Shown here in pieces: positions 1-8,890 of a stretch of DNA of 52,390 nt. The position numbers and the translations under genes were made by a program. Position 1 is the first letter of the stretch. Every line of letters starts with the position of its first letter. Origin of the DNA: an uncultured Archangium sp. (GTDB lineage: Bacteria > Myxococcota > Myxococcia > Myxococcales > Myxococcaceae). The notes below the pieces were generated by a model. That model was not told where the DNA came from, made no database searches, and saw only the letters and a list, made by a program, of their open reading frames with translations. The stretch covers positions 1 to 52,390 of the forward strand of contig CALNBU010000553.1 in the NCBI GenBank assembly GCA_937875615.1. Direction: 5' to 3'.

Positions 1-471
1 CTGGGCGTGGGGGTGATGAGCGCCGAGCGGTCCAACCCGCTGGCGGCGGGCCGCGCGTCGTACCCGGGGCAGTTCGAGCAGACCTTCTCCGCGGCCGGCG
101 GGGTGAGCTGGTCGCCGAACAAGCACTGGCTGGTGCACTCGCGCGTCAACTTCCGCACCGGGCGGCCGTACACGCCGGTCGACACCTTCGTGCCCGACGC
201 CACCGGCCAGCACTGGGTGCCGGTCTTCGGCGAGACCTCCTCGGAGCGCTACCCGTTCTTCTTCGAGCTCAACCTCCGCGGCGAGTACCGCTTCGAGCTC
301 GGCCCGGTCTCGTGCGCGGTGTACGCGGAGATCCTCAACGTCACCAACACCATGAACGTGTACTCGTGGGTCTACGGCGCCGGCGAGGTGACGGGCGGGG
401 TGATGCCCAACCAGGGGCGCTTCAACCATCTGCCCATCCGACCGTTCCTCGGCCTCCGCGGAGAGTACTGA
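1..471 (+). CDS. Outer-membrane beta-barrel protein, C-terminal fragment (TonB-dependent-receptor-like); 5' end lies outside the window
   Basis: Frame-1 ORF is open at the window edge. It shows an alternating beta-strand-like pattern and ends ...RPFLGLRGEY, with the terminal aromatic residue typical of OMP/TBDR C-termini. Third codon positions are GC-rich. Confidence 0.5.
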   Translation: MGVGVMSAERSNPLAAGRASYPGQFEQTFSAAGGVSWSPNKHWLVHSRVNFRTGRPYTPVDTFVPDATGQHWVPVFGETSSERYPFFFELNLRGEYRFELGPVSCAVYAEILNVTNTMNVYSWVYGAGEVTGGVMPNQGRFNHLPIRPFLGLRGEY

Positions 472-603
472 CGGGCCGGAAAGCGCGTCGCGGTGCGGTG
501 TCCGTGTAATTCTTGAGCCACACGATTCTTCCCGCGGCCGGGGCGCGCGAATGTGTCGGGGCGGTGCTGACAGCGGGCGCAGATTTGGTATTGGCGCGCG
601 GGC

Positions 604-1308
604 GTGGGGCTGACTTTCGACATCACCCGGTGGGCCGCCTGGGCGCCGGGGTTGAGCACGCCCGAGGCCTGGGAGGCCTGGGCCCGCAGCCCCAGCACGC
701 CGCGCGGCGCCGAGGTCCCCCCGCTGACCGAGGTCCCCGCCATGCAGCGGCGCCGGGTCGAGAAGCTGGGCCGGCTCGCGGTGCAGGTGACGCAGTGGGC
801 ACAGGGAGAGCGCCGGGGCCTCCCGCTGGTGTTCGCCTCGCGCCACGGCGACGCCCCGCGCAGCGCCGAGTTGCTGTCCGAGCTGGCGAAGGGCGCACCG
901 CTGTCGCCGGCCAGCTTCGCGCTCTCGGTGCACAACGCGGTGGGCGGGCAGTACTCCATCATCCGCGGCGAGACGGCCAACGTGGTGGCGGTGGCCAACG
1001 GCCTGTGCACGCCGGAGGCCGGGCTGTTGGAGGCGCTGACGCTCGCCGAGGAGGCGGTGCTGGTGGTGTACGACGCCTCGCCGCACCCGCTGCACGAGGC
1101 AGACTACCCCGAGGCGCCCGCGGACTACGCGTGGGCCTGGCAGGTGAAGCGCGGCGGGCCGCTCTCGCTCACGCCGGGCGAGCGCGACGGCACGGCGGCG
1201 CCCGGCGCGCTTCCTCACGCGCTGGCGTTGTTGGCCTTCGCGCTCTCGGCGCAGGCGACCTACCGCGTCGAAGACGACGCCACCGGCTACGTCTGGAGGC
1301 GGTCATGA
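604..1308 (+). CDS. Ketosynthase chain-length-factor-like partner protein (ApeC-like), lacking a Cys-His-His triad
   Basis: GTG start. MGLTFDITRWAAWAPGLSTPEAW... resembles the short KS-N-terminal-like protein that opens APE clusters. Its stop overlaps the next start (ATGA at 1305-1308). Confidence 0.7.
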   Translation: MGLTFDITRWAAWAPGLSTPEAWEAWARSPSTPRGAEVPPLTEVPAMQRRRVEKLGRLAVQVTQWAQGERRGLPLVFASRHGDAPRSAELLSELAKGAPLSPASFALSVHNAVGGQYSIIRGETANVVAVANGLCTPEAGLLEALTLAEEAVLVVYDASPHPLHEADYPEAPADYAWAWQVKRGGPLSLTPGERDGTAAPGALPHALALLAFALSAQATYRVEDDATGYVWRRS

Positions 1309-2111
1309 GCGCCGCGGTGCACGCCGGCCCGGAGCAGGGGAACCGGCTCGAGATTTTCTTCCGCATCCTCACCACCGGCTTCTGCTTCGTGCTCTTCGGC
1401 GTGGTCACCCTGACGCTGGGGGTGGTGTTGTTCTCGTACGTGCTGCTGCGGCACCGCACGCGGGACCGCCAGCGCATGGCCTCGCGCGGCATCGTGCGGT
1501 GGTGGTTCCGCACCTTCGTGGAGATCATGCGGTTGCTGGGCGTGCTGGACTACGAGCTCCACGGGGTCGAGAAGCTGCAGCGGCCCGGGCTGTTGATCCT
1601 CGCCAACCACCCCTCGCTCATCGACGTGGTCATCATCGGCTCGCTGGTGCCGCGCTTCTGCGCGGTGGTGCGCAGCAACCTGCTGAAGAACCCCTTCATG
1701 CGCGTGCCCATCGAGGCCGCGGGCTACATCACCAACGACCAGGGTCCGGGCCTCGTCACCGGCTGTGACCGGGCGCTGGCGCTGGGCGACGACATCGTGG
1801 TCTTCCCGCAGGGCACGCGCACGCCCGAGAGCGGTGAGATCAAGTTCCAACGCGGCGCGGCGAACGTGGCCATCCGCGCCCGGCGCGCCATCACGCCGGT
1901 GGTCGTCACCTGCAACCCGCGAGGCCTGGCGCGCTACCAGCGCTGGTACCAGGTGCCTCCCCGGCGCATGCATTTCGTCATCAGCGTTCATGACGATCTT
2001 CAGGTAGACCCCTTCCTCAAGGACGGGGTGCCCGAAGCCCTCGCTGTCCGTCGTTTGAACACACACCTCGAAGCCTTCTTCGAGCAGGAGTCTGGCCGTG
2101 CAACCTCTTGA
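1305..2111 (+). CDS. PlsC-family lysophospholipid acyltransferase (ApeD-like)
   Basis: I chose the internal ATG of the 513..2111 ORF because it overlaps the upstream stop. The upstream 264 codons are Arg/Ala/Gly-rich shadow sequence. The protein has N-terminal TM segments, the HX4D box ANHPSLIDV and an FPQGTR motif. Confidence 0.85.
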   Translation: MSAAVHAGPEQGNRLEIFFRILTTGFCFVLFGVVTLTLGVVLFSYVLLRHRTRDRQRMASRGIVRWWFRTFVEIMRLLGVLDYELHGVEKLQRPGLLILANHPSLIDVVIIGSLVPRFCAVVRSNLLKNPFMRVPIEAAGYITNDQGPGLVTGCDRALALGDDIVVFPQGTRTPESGEIKFQRGAANVAIRARRAITPVVVTCNPRGLARYQRWYQVPPRRMHFVISVHDDLQVDPFLKDGVPEALAVRRLNTHLEAFFEQESGRATS

Positions 2112-2367
2112 GCAGGAAGTGGCGAAGTTCATCATCGAAACCCTGAACCTCGAAGACGTGAAGGTCGAGGAGATCGACCCCGCGGCGCCGCTGTTCGTCA
2201 CCGGCCTGGGCCTCGACTCCATCGACGCGCTCGAGCTGGGCGTAGGCCTGCAGAAGAAGTACGGCATCAAGTTGTCCGCCGACGCCGCCGAGACCAAGAA
2301 GCACTTCGCGTCGGTGCAGGCGTTGGCGGCGCTGGTCAACCACCACCGTTCCGGAGCGGCATCGTGA
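2098..2367 (+). CDS. Acyl carrier protein (ApeE-like)
   Basis: 89 aa with the phosphopantetheine attachment motif GLDSIDALEL. A GTG at 2119 is an alternative start. Confidence 0.85.
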   Translation: MQPLEQEVAKFIIETLNLEDVKVEEIDPAAPLFVTGLGLDSIDALELGVGLQKKYGIKLSADAAETKKHFASVQALAALVNHHRSGAAS

Positions 2368-2633
2368 CGAAAGAAGAGATCCACACCAAGTGTGTTGAAG
2401 TGCTGACCGAGACCTTCGGCATCAAGGCGGAGCTCATCAAGCCCGAGGCGCGCCTCTACGAAGAGCTTGACATCGACAGCATCGACGCCGTCGATCTCAT
2501 CGTCCAGCTCAAGCCCATGGTCGGCAAGCGGATGACGCCCGAGGCCTTCAAGAAGGTGCGCACGGTCCAGGACGTGGTCGACGCGCTGTACGCGTTGATT
2601 CACGACGACGTGGCCGCCCCGCCCGCCGCCTGA
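2364..2633 (+). CDS. Acyl carrier protein (ApeF-like), second tandem ACP
   Basis: 89 aa with motif LDIDSIDAVDLIV. GTGA overlap with the preceding ACP. Confidence 0.85.
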   Translation: MTKEEIHTKCVEVLTETFGIKAELIKPEARLYEELDIDSIDAVDLIVQLKPMVGKRMTPEAFKKVRTVQDVVDALYALIHDDVAAPPAA

Positions 2634-2640
2634 CGCCCTC

Positions 2641-3192
2641 GTGTTGCGCACCGTCGCCTTCGCGGCGCTCACGGCCGCGTACCCGTTGGCCATCTGGCTC
2701 CTGGGCGACCGCATCGAGCCCCGTTGGCTGGCGTTGTCGCTGGTGCTGTTGGGCGCGCTGCGCCTGGCGGCCAGCAAGCAGCGAGGCTGGGTGCTGTTGG
2801 CGTTGGGCGCCTTCGCGCTGGCGGCGGTGACGGGCGTGTTGAACGCCGGTTGGCCGCTCCGCTGGTACCCGGTGTTCGTCAACGCCTCGCTGCTGGTGCT
2901 CTTCGCGGTGACCCTGCGTTCAGGAATGCCCATGGTGGAGCGCCTCGCCCGGCTCAAGGAACCGCAGCTCCCGCTTCACGCGGTGGCCTACACCCGCAAG
3001 GTGACGGTGGCCTGGTGTGGCTTCTTCCTGGTGAACGGTCTGGTCTCCGCCGCCACCTGCCTGTGGGGGAGCGACCGCGTCTGGGCGCTCTACAACGGCG
3101 CGCTCTCGTACCTGGCCATCGGGGTGTTCGGCGGGGTGGAGTACCTCATCCGGCTGCGGGTGAAGAAGCAGCATGAGGTCGCGGTGACATGA
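2641..3192 (+). CDS. Multi-pass membrane protein of APE clusters (ApeG-like)
   Basis: 183 aa with several hydrophobic helices. It sits between the ACPs and the adenylating enzyme, as in APE clusters. Its stop overlaps the next start (ATGA at 3189-3192). Confidence 0.65.
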   Translation: MLRTVAFAALTAAYPLAIWLLGDRIEPRWLALSLVLLGALRLAASKQRGWVLLALGAFALAAVTGVLNAGWPLRWYPVFVNASLLVLFAVTLRSGMPMVERLARLKEPQLPLHAVAYTRKVTVAWCGFFLVNGLVSAATCLWGSDRVWALYNGALSYLAIGVFGGVEYLIRLRVKKQHEVAVT

Positions 3193-4667
3193 AGCGGCTG
3201 GCGCTCTTCACCGACGACCGCGCGGCCTTCGCGGCGACGCTGTTCCACGCCTGGGCCGACGGGGTGCAGGTGGTGCTGCCGGGCGACGATCTGCCGGCCA
3301 CCCGCGCCGCGCTCCAACCACACATCGACGGCTGGTTGCCGCTGGTGCGCGCGCCGCTGCCGGCGCCTGGCGCGCTCGACCGTTCGCTCCCCGGCGTGGT
3401 GGTGTTCACCTCGGGCTCTACCGGCGCGCCGGCGGCCATCGGGAAGCAGCTCCGGCAGCTGTTCGACGAGGTGGCGACGCTGGAGGCCACCTTCGGGGCG
3501 GGGTTGCCCGCGGAGACGCGCTTCGTCTCCACCGTCTCGCATCAACACATCTACGGGTTGCTCTTCACCGTGCTGTGGCCGGTGTTGTCGGGGCGGCAGT
3601 TGGCGCCGAGGCGCCTGGAGTACCCCGAGGAGCTGGAGCGGGATCTCGCGGCCGGCCCGTCGGTGCTGGTGTCGAGCCCCGCGCACCTCAAGCGCCTGCC
3701 GGACGCGCGCGCGTGGACGACGCAGACCCGCGCGGTCTTCTCTTCGGGTGGTCCGCTCCCGCCCGAGGCCTCGGCGTTGGCGCGCCAGGTGCTGGGGCAT
3801 GCCCCGTATGAGGTCTTCGGCAGCTCGGAGACGGGGGGCGTGGCCTGGCGGCAGGGCGCGTCGTCGGCGTGGCGGCCGTTGGCTGGCGTGCAGGTGCGCG
3901 CGTCGGCCGATGGGCTGCTGGAGGTGCGGAGCCCGCACCTGCTCGAGGACGCCTTCTTCACCACCGCGGACCGGGTGGACTTCGACGGGTCGGACTTCCG
4001 GTTGCTGGGGCGGAGCGACCGCATCGCGAAGATTGAAGAGAAGCGCGTGTCGCTCGACCTGCTGGAGCGCACCTGCCTGGCCACCGGGTTGCTCCGCGAG
4101 GCGCGGGTGGTGGCGTTGCCCGGGCCCCGGGTCACGTTGGCCCTGGTGGGCGTGCCCACCGACGAGGCGAAGGCGCTGCCGCGCAAAGTTCTGATTGAGA
4201 AACTCAAGCGCTCGGTGCACGAGGTGGTCGAGCCGGTGGCCAGACCCCGCCGGTTCCGATTTCCCGAGGCCCTGCCGGTCGACGAGCGGGGCAAGACCCC
4301 GGAGGCGTTGTTGACAGCGTTGTTTGCACCAGAGCGGCCGGAGCCGACGTGGATTTCGCGGGGGGCAGAGGAGGCGGAGCTGCGGCTCCTCATCTCTCCC
4401 GACTTGCGCGTGCTGCAGGGCCACTTCCCAGAGGTGCCGGTGGTGCCGGGCGTGGCGCAGCTGGACTGGGCGGTGGCGTGGGCCAGGGAGGTCTTCCCGA
4501 TGACCGGCGCCTTCACCCGGTTGGAGGCGCTCAAGTTCCAGGCGCTGATGGTGCCGGGCCACCGGGTGACGCTGACCCTGGGCTGGCAGACGGCGAAGCG
4601 CTCGCTGAGCTTCCGGTATACCGGTGAGGGCCGCACGTACTCCAGCGGCCGGGTGGTGTTCGCCTGA
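3189..4667 (+). CDS. Fusion of an AMP-dependent adenylating enzyme (ApeH-like) and a C-terminal hotdog dehydratase domain (ApeI-like)
   Basis: AMP-binding motifs FTSGSTGAPA, YEVFGSSETGG, GRSDRIAKIEEKRVSL and ERGKT. The C-terminal ~110 aa (LQGHFPEVPVVPGVAQLDWAV...) is FabA/FabZ-like. Confidence 0.8.
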   Translation: MKRLALFTDDRAAFAATLFHAWADGVQVVLPGDDLPATRAALQPHIDGWLPLVRAPLPAPGALDRSLPGVVVFTSGSTGAPAAIGKQLRQLFDEVATLEATFGAGLPAETRFVSTVSHQHIYGLLFTVLWPVLSGRQLAPRRLEYPEELERDLAAGPSVLVSSPAHLKRLPDARAWTTQTRAVFSSGGPLPPEASALARQVLGHAPYEVFGSSETGGVAWRQGASSAWRPLAGVQVRASADGLLEVRSPHLLEDAFFTTADRVDFDGSDFRLLGRSDRIAKIEEKRVSLDLLERTCLATGLLREARVVALPGPRVTLALVGVPTDEAKALPRKVLIEKLKRSVHEVVEPVARPRRFRFPEALPVDERGKTPEALLTALFAPERPEPTWISRGAEEAELRLLISPDLRVLQGHFPEVPVVPGVAQLDWAVAWAREVFPMTGAFTRLEALKFQALMVPGHRVTLTLGWQTAKRSLSFRYTGEGRTYSSGRVVFA

Positions 4668-5395
4668 TGAACCCGGTGGTGGTCATCCCCGTGTACAACC
4701 ACGAGCACGCCATCGGCGCGGTGGTGGACCAGGTGCGCGCGCGGGCGCTGCCGGTGCTGCTGGTGGACGACGGCAGCAACCCCGCCTGCGCCGCGGTGCT
4801 CGACGCGCTGGCGCAGCGCGAGGGCGTGTCGTTGTACCGGCGCGCCAGCAACGGCGGGAAGGGCGCGGCGGTGATGTCGGGCCTCGAGGAGGCGAAGCGC
4901 CTGGGCTTCACCCACGCGGTGCAGGTGGACGCAGACGGGCAACACGCGCTCGATGATCTCCCGCGGTTCCTCGACGCCGCGAAGGCCAGCCCCGCAGCGC
5001 TGGTGAGCGGCGTCCCGCAGTACGACGCCTCGGTGCCGAAGGCGCGCCTCTACGCCCGCTACCTCACGCACATCTGGGTGTGGATCAACACGCTGTCCTT
5101 CGCCATCCGCGACTCCATGTGCGGCTTCCGGGTGTATCCGCTCGAGGCCACGCTGGCGGCCATCGTGCCGGGCATCGGCAAGCGCATGGACTTCGACCCG
5201 GAGATCGCCGTGCGTCTGGTGTGGCGTGGGGTGGAGGTCGTCAACCTGCCCACCGCGGTGACCTACCCGCTCGACGGCGTGAGCCACTTCGACGCGCTGT
5301 GGGACAACGTCCGAATCTCGGGCATGCACGCCCGGCTCTTCGTGGGCATGCTCCTTCGCCTGCCGCTGTTGTTGTGGAGGAAGGTGGTTCGATGA
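4667..5395 (+). CDS. Family 2 glycosyltransferase (ApeJ-like)
   Basis: The N-terminus VVIPVYNHEHAIGAVV...LLVDDGSNP and the VQVDADGQH motif are typical of GT2. One-nt overlap with the upstream stop. Confidence 0.85.
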   Translation: MNPVVVIPVYNHEHAIGAVVDQVRARALPVLLVDDGSNPACAAVLDALAQREGVSLYRRASNGGKGAAVMSGLEEAKRLGFTHAVQVDADGQHALDDLPRFLDAAKASPAALVSGVPQYDASVPKARLYARYLTHIWVWINTLSFAIRDSMCGFRVYPLEATLAAIVPGIGKRMDFDPEIAVRLVWRGVEVVNLPTAVTYPLDGVSHFDALWDNVRISGMHARLFVGMLLRLPLLLWRKVVR

Positions 5396-5799
5396 GTCGC
5401 TGGGTACACGAGCTCCACATCGCGCCGCAGTTCTACGACTGCGACCCCATGTTCGTGGTGTGGCACGGCCACTACCTCAAGTACTTCGAGCAGGCGCGCG
5501 CGGAGCTGCTGGGGAGCCTGAACTACGGTTACCGGCAGATGCTGGAGAGCGGCTACCTGTGGCCCATCGTCGATCTCCGGCTCAAGTACGTGCGCTCGGC
5601 GAAGCTCCTGCAGCCGCTGACGGTGCGCGCGGAGATCGTCGAATATGAACATCGACTGAAGCTTGATTACCGCATCACGTCCGAGGGCGAGACCCTGACC
5701 CGGGGGTACACCGTGCAAGTGGCCGTCGACGCAAAGACGCAGGAGCTCCAGTACGTCACTCCCCGCGTGCTGTGGGAGCGGCTGGGGGTGGCGCCATGA
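5392..5799 (+). CDS. 4HBT/YbgC-type acyl-CoA/ACP thioesterase (ApeK-like)
   Basis: Internal ATG of the 5080..5799 ORF overlaps the upstream stop (ATGA). YDCDPMFVVWHGHYLKYFEQAR is a hotdog thioesterase signature. Confidence 0.85.
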   Translation: MSRWVHELHIAPQFYDCDPMFVVWHGHYLKYFEQARAELLGSLNYGYRQMLESGYLWPIVDLRLKYVRSAKLLQPLTVRAEIVEYEHRLKLDYRITSEGETLTRGYTVQVAVDAKTQELQYVTPRVLWERLGVAP

Positions 5800-6338
5800 G
5801 CGCCGCGCTGGTGTTGTTGCTGCTGGCGGCCGACGGCGACGTGGCCAGCCGGGTGCAGGCGAAGCTGGTGCAGCGCGAGGTGCTCACCGGCACCTTCGAG
5901 CAGAGCAAGCAGGTGAAGGGCTTCAAGCGCCCCTTCAGATCATCCGGCACCTACGAGGTGAAGAAGGGCGCCGGCGTGAAGTGGAACACCGCCGCGCCCT
6001 TCGCCTCGCAGCTCACGGTGACCGCCGACGAGATCCGCTCCATGCAGGGCAGCGAGCAGCTCTTCGCGCTCGACGCGAAGACCGAGCCCACGGTGAAGGT
6101 CATCACCCAGCTGCTGTTCTCGCTGCTGGCCGGTGACTTCGCGGTGCTCAGCCAGCACTTCGACGCGCGGGGCGCGGTGGAGGGCGAGGGCTGGAGCATC
6201 GAGCTGGTCCCGAAGGCCGGCCCGCTCACCCGCGCCTTCACCCGCATCTCGCTCAAGGGTGACGCCTTCGTCCGCTCGGTGACGCTGCACGAAGAGAGCG
6301 GTGACGTGACGTTGATCTCGCTGGCGCCCGCTCCGTGA
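5796..6338 (+). CDS. LolA-like outer-membrane lipoprotein carrier family protein (ApeL-like)
   Basis: ATGA overlap with the upstream gene. It has a signal-like N-terminus MSAALVLLLLAADG. The pattern FEQSKQVKGFKRPFRSSGTYEV...WNT is LolA-like, and the gene sits before the exporter. Confidence 0.7.
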   Translation: MSAALVLLLLAADGDVASRVQAKLVQREVLTGTFEQSKQVKGFKRPFRSSGTYEVKKGAGVKWNTAAPFASQLTVTADEIRSMQGSEQLFALDAKTEPTVKVITQLLFSLLAGDFAVLSQHFDARGAVEGEGWSIELVPKAGPLTRAFTRISLKGDAFVRSVTLHEESGDVTLISLAPAP

Positions 6339-8599
6339 ACCCGCGCCTCACCTTCTTCTGGACGCTCGCCTTCGCGGCGCTGGTGGCCCACCAGGTCTAC
6401 CTGTGGACCGGCGGGCTCCAGGTGGAGACGGATCTGCTCCGCCTGCTGCCGCAGGGCGAGCGCGACGAGGTGGCCGAGGGTGCGCTGCGCGCGCTCGCCG
6501 ACAGCGCTTCCCGTCAGGTGGTGGTGTTGGTGGGCGGTCCGGACGCGGCGACGGAGGCTGCCCGCTTCGAGGCGGCGGTCGACGCTTCCGTGCTGGCGCC
6601 GGTTCCGCTGCCCGCCTCACCGGAGGACTCGCTGCTGGAGGCGTTGCTCCCGCATCGGGACCGCCTGCTGACGGCCGGGCAACGGTCCCAGCTCGCCGCG
6701 CTGTCCGCGGAGCAGCTGACGGAGCGCGCGCTGTTGCAGCTCCAACAGCCGATGGCGGCGCGCCTGGGTGACTTCCGCGACGATCCGCTCCAGCTCTTCC
6801 CGGAGTTCCTGCGGGAGCGCGCGCAGGCCAGCCGGGTGCGCCCGGTCGACGGTCAACTGCGCGTGGGCGACGAGGTGTTGCTGCGCTTCGAGGTGAAGGG
6901 CGCGGGCATGTCGCTGGGCAGCGAGCCGAGGTTGCAGCAGGCGCTCGACGCGGCGAAGGCCAGGGTGGCGACCGACACCACGCTGCTGGTGGCCGGGGTG
7001 CCGCTGTTCGCGGAGACCGCCTCGGTGCAGGCCAACAACGAGGTGAACACCATCGGTCTGGGCTCGCTGCTGGCCATCATCCTGGTGATGTGGCTCGCCT
7101 TCCGGTCGCCGCGCCCGTTGATCCTGGTGGTGCTCTCGGTGGGCACGGGCGTCGCCGCGGGGCTCTCGGCCTGCGTGCTGGTGTTCGGCAAGGTGCACCT
7201 GATGACGCTGGTGTTCGGCGCCTCGCTGGTGGGCGTCGCCGAAGACTACGGCATCCACTACTTCGCGGCCCGGCAGGCGAGGCCGGAGGTCGAGCGCCAT
7301 CAGCTGCTGGAGCTGCTGAAGCCGGCGCTGCTGCTGGCCATGGTGACCAGCGTCGCGGGCTACGTGATGCTGGCCATCACCCCCATGCCGGGGCTGCGGC
7401 AGGTGGCCCTCTTCTCCGGAGCAGGGCTGGCGGCGGCCTTCCTCACCGTGTTGGCCTTCTTCCCGTTCCTCGACAGCGGGCAGGTGCGGTCGACGCGCTT
7501 CTCCCGGGTGTGGGCGGGCACGCGGGCGAAGTGGCCGTCGCTGAGCGGCGCGAGGTTGGCGGTCGCGCTGGCGCTGGTGCTGCTCGTCGCGGGCGTGGGC
7601 ATCTTCCGGTTGCGCGCGCAGGACGACGTGCGGGCGCTGCAGGCCAGCCCACCGCACCTGCTCGCCGCGCAGAAGGCGTTGGCGGAGCGCATCGGGTTGC
7701 CCAGCCCTGCGCAGTTCTTCGTGGTGCGCGGCGCCGACGAGGGCGAGCGCCTGGCACGGGAAGAGGCGCTGCTGGAGCGGCTCGACGCATTCATCAGCGA
7801 GGGCCAGCTGCTGCGCTACGACGCGGTCAGCCAGTGGGTCCCTTCTCCACGAAGACAAGAGGAGAACCGCGCGGTGTGGGCGAAGGCCCGGGCGGCCGTG
7901 CTGGAAGGGCTGAAGGATGAGCTCGACGGCGAGGCGCCACCCTTCATCGAGTCGGAGCAGCTGGGCGTCGACGCAGTGCTGGGCACCTCGGTGGGCGCGG
8001 CGCTTCGGCCGCTGCGGCTGGCCGACGCCAACGTGGTGATGCTCCACAGCCCTTCGCGCGAAGCGTTGGAGCGCTTCGCGACGTTGGGCGCGCTCCCGGG
8101 CGTGAAGTTCGTCGACCGCACGGGAGAGATTTCGTCGCTCATGCGCCGCTGGCGGGTGGGCATGAGCGAGCTGCTGGTGGCGGGCTACTTCGTCATCTTC
8201 GCCGCGCTCTGGTGGCGCTTCCGGGCGCAGGCGTGGCGGGCGCTGCTGCCCACCGCGCTGGCCTCGCTGGCGGCGCTGGGCGTGGTGGGCTTCCTCGACG
8301 AGCCCTTCTCGCTGTTCCACGTGCTGGCGCTGTGGCTGCTGCTGGGCATGGGCGTCGACTACGGCATCTTCCTGCTCGAGCACCCCGACGATGGCGGCGA
8401 GGCCTGGCTGGCGGTCGGGCTGGGGGCGGTCTCCACGCTGCTGTCGTTCGGTCTGCTCGCCATCTCCAGTACGCAGGCGGTGCACGCCTTCGGAGTGACG
8501 CTGGGCGTGGGGGTGACGCTGGTGTGGCTGGGCAGCCCGTTGTTCGTTCCGCTTGAAGCCGCGCCGCGGCCAGTGAGAGCATCACCGCCTCCCGCGTGA
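6335..8599 (+). CDS. MMPL/RND-type membrane exporter (ApeM-like)
   Basis: 754 aa with two blocks of ~6 TM helices separated by soluble domains. GTGA overlaps at both ends. Confidence 0.85.
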   Translation: MNPRLTFFWTLAFAALVAHQVYLWTGGLQVETDLLRLLPQGERDEVAEGALRALADSASRQVVVLVGGPDAATEAARFEAAVDASVLAPVPLPASPEDSLLEALLPHRDRLLTAGQRSQLAALSAEQLTERALLQLQQPMAARLGDFRDDPLQLFPEFLRERAQASRVRPVDGQLRVGDEVLLRFEVKGAGMSLGSEPRLQQALDAAKARVATDTTLLVAGVPLFAETASVQANNEVNTIGLGSLLAIILVMWLAFRSPRPLILVVLSVGTGVAAGLSACVLVFGKVHLMTLVFGASLVGVAEDYGIHYFAARQARPEVERHQLLELLKPALLLAMVTSVAGYVMLAITPMPGLRQVALFSGAGLAAAFLTVLAFFPFLDSGQVRSTRFSRVWAGTRAKWPSLSGARLAVALALVLLVAGVGIFRLRAQDDVRALQASPPHLLAAQKALAERIGLPSPAQFFVVRGADEGERLAREEALLERLDAFISEGQLLRYDAVSQWVPSPRRQEENRAVWAKARAAVLEGLKDELDGEAPPFIESEQLGVDAVLGTSVGAALRPLRLADANVVMLHSPSREALERFATLGALPGVKFVDRTGEISSLMRRWRVGMSELLVAGYFVIFAALWWRFRAQAWRALLPTALASLAALGVVGFLDEPFSLFHVLALWLLLGMGVDYGIFLLEHPDDGGEAWLAVGLGAVSTLLSFGLLAISSTQAVHAFGVTLGVGVTLVWLGSPLFVPLEAAPRPVRASPPPA

Positions 8600-8835
8600 A
8601 CATCACCGTCCTCATTCCCCGCTCGCTGCTGACCGCCTGTGAAGGGCGCGCGAAGATCGAGCTGGGAGTGCCGCCCTCCGCCGACGTGGCGGAGATTCTT
8701 GTCACGCTGCTGTCGCTCTACCCGGGGTTGAGGGCCTTCATGGCCAACGAGCAGCGCCCGCTCAGGCAGCACTTCAGCGTGGCGCGGCTCGGGCAGAAGA
8801 TCTTCCTCTTCACCAGCACCGCGGTCGTGGGCTGA
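8596..8835 (+). CDS. Small MoaD/ThiS-like ubiquitin-fold protein with an atypical C-terminus (no GG)
   Basis: GTG start overlaps the exporter stop. NITVLIPRSLLTACEGRAKIELGVPPSADVAEILVTLLSLYPGLRAF follows the MoaD pattern. The protein ends ...TAVVG. Third codon positions are GC-rich. Confidence 0.4.
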   Translation: MNITVLIPRSLLTACEGRAKIELGVPPSADVAEILVTLLSLYPGLRAFMANEQRPLRQHFSVARLGQKIFLFTSTAVVG

Positions 8836-8890
8836 CGTCGGCGGGGTTGCTTGAACGGTCGCCCCGTGCGCCATAGGGTGCCGACGCATC

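Noticed and set aside
513-1304. N-terminal extensions of track ORFs: 513..2111 (532 aa), 29298..36497 (2399 aa), 43410..46007 (865 aa), 22294..25260 (988 aa), 13700..15361, 41289..42347 and 47838..48860.
   Set aside because: The extensions are low-complexity Arg/Gly/Ala sequence overlapping better-supported genes. Internal starts give stop/start overlaps with upstream genes and family-typical N-termini (signal peptides, lipoboxes, GxGxxG).
5384-5394. A tRNA T-arm-like ggttcga string, and a general search for tRNA/ncRNA genes in the gaps.
   Set aside because: The string lies in the GT2/thioesterase coding overlap. No intergenic gap (the largest are 132-174 nt) shows a cloverleaf-compatible arrangement.
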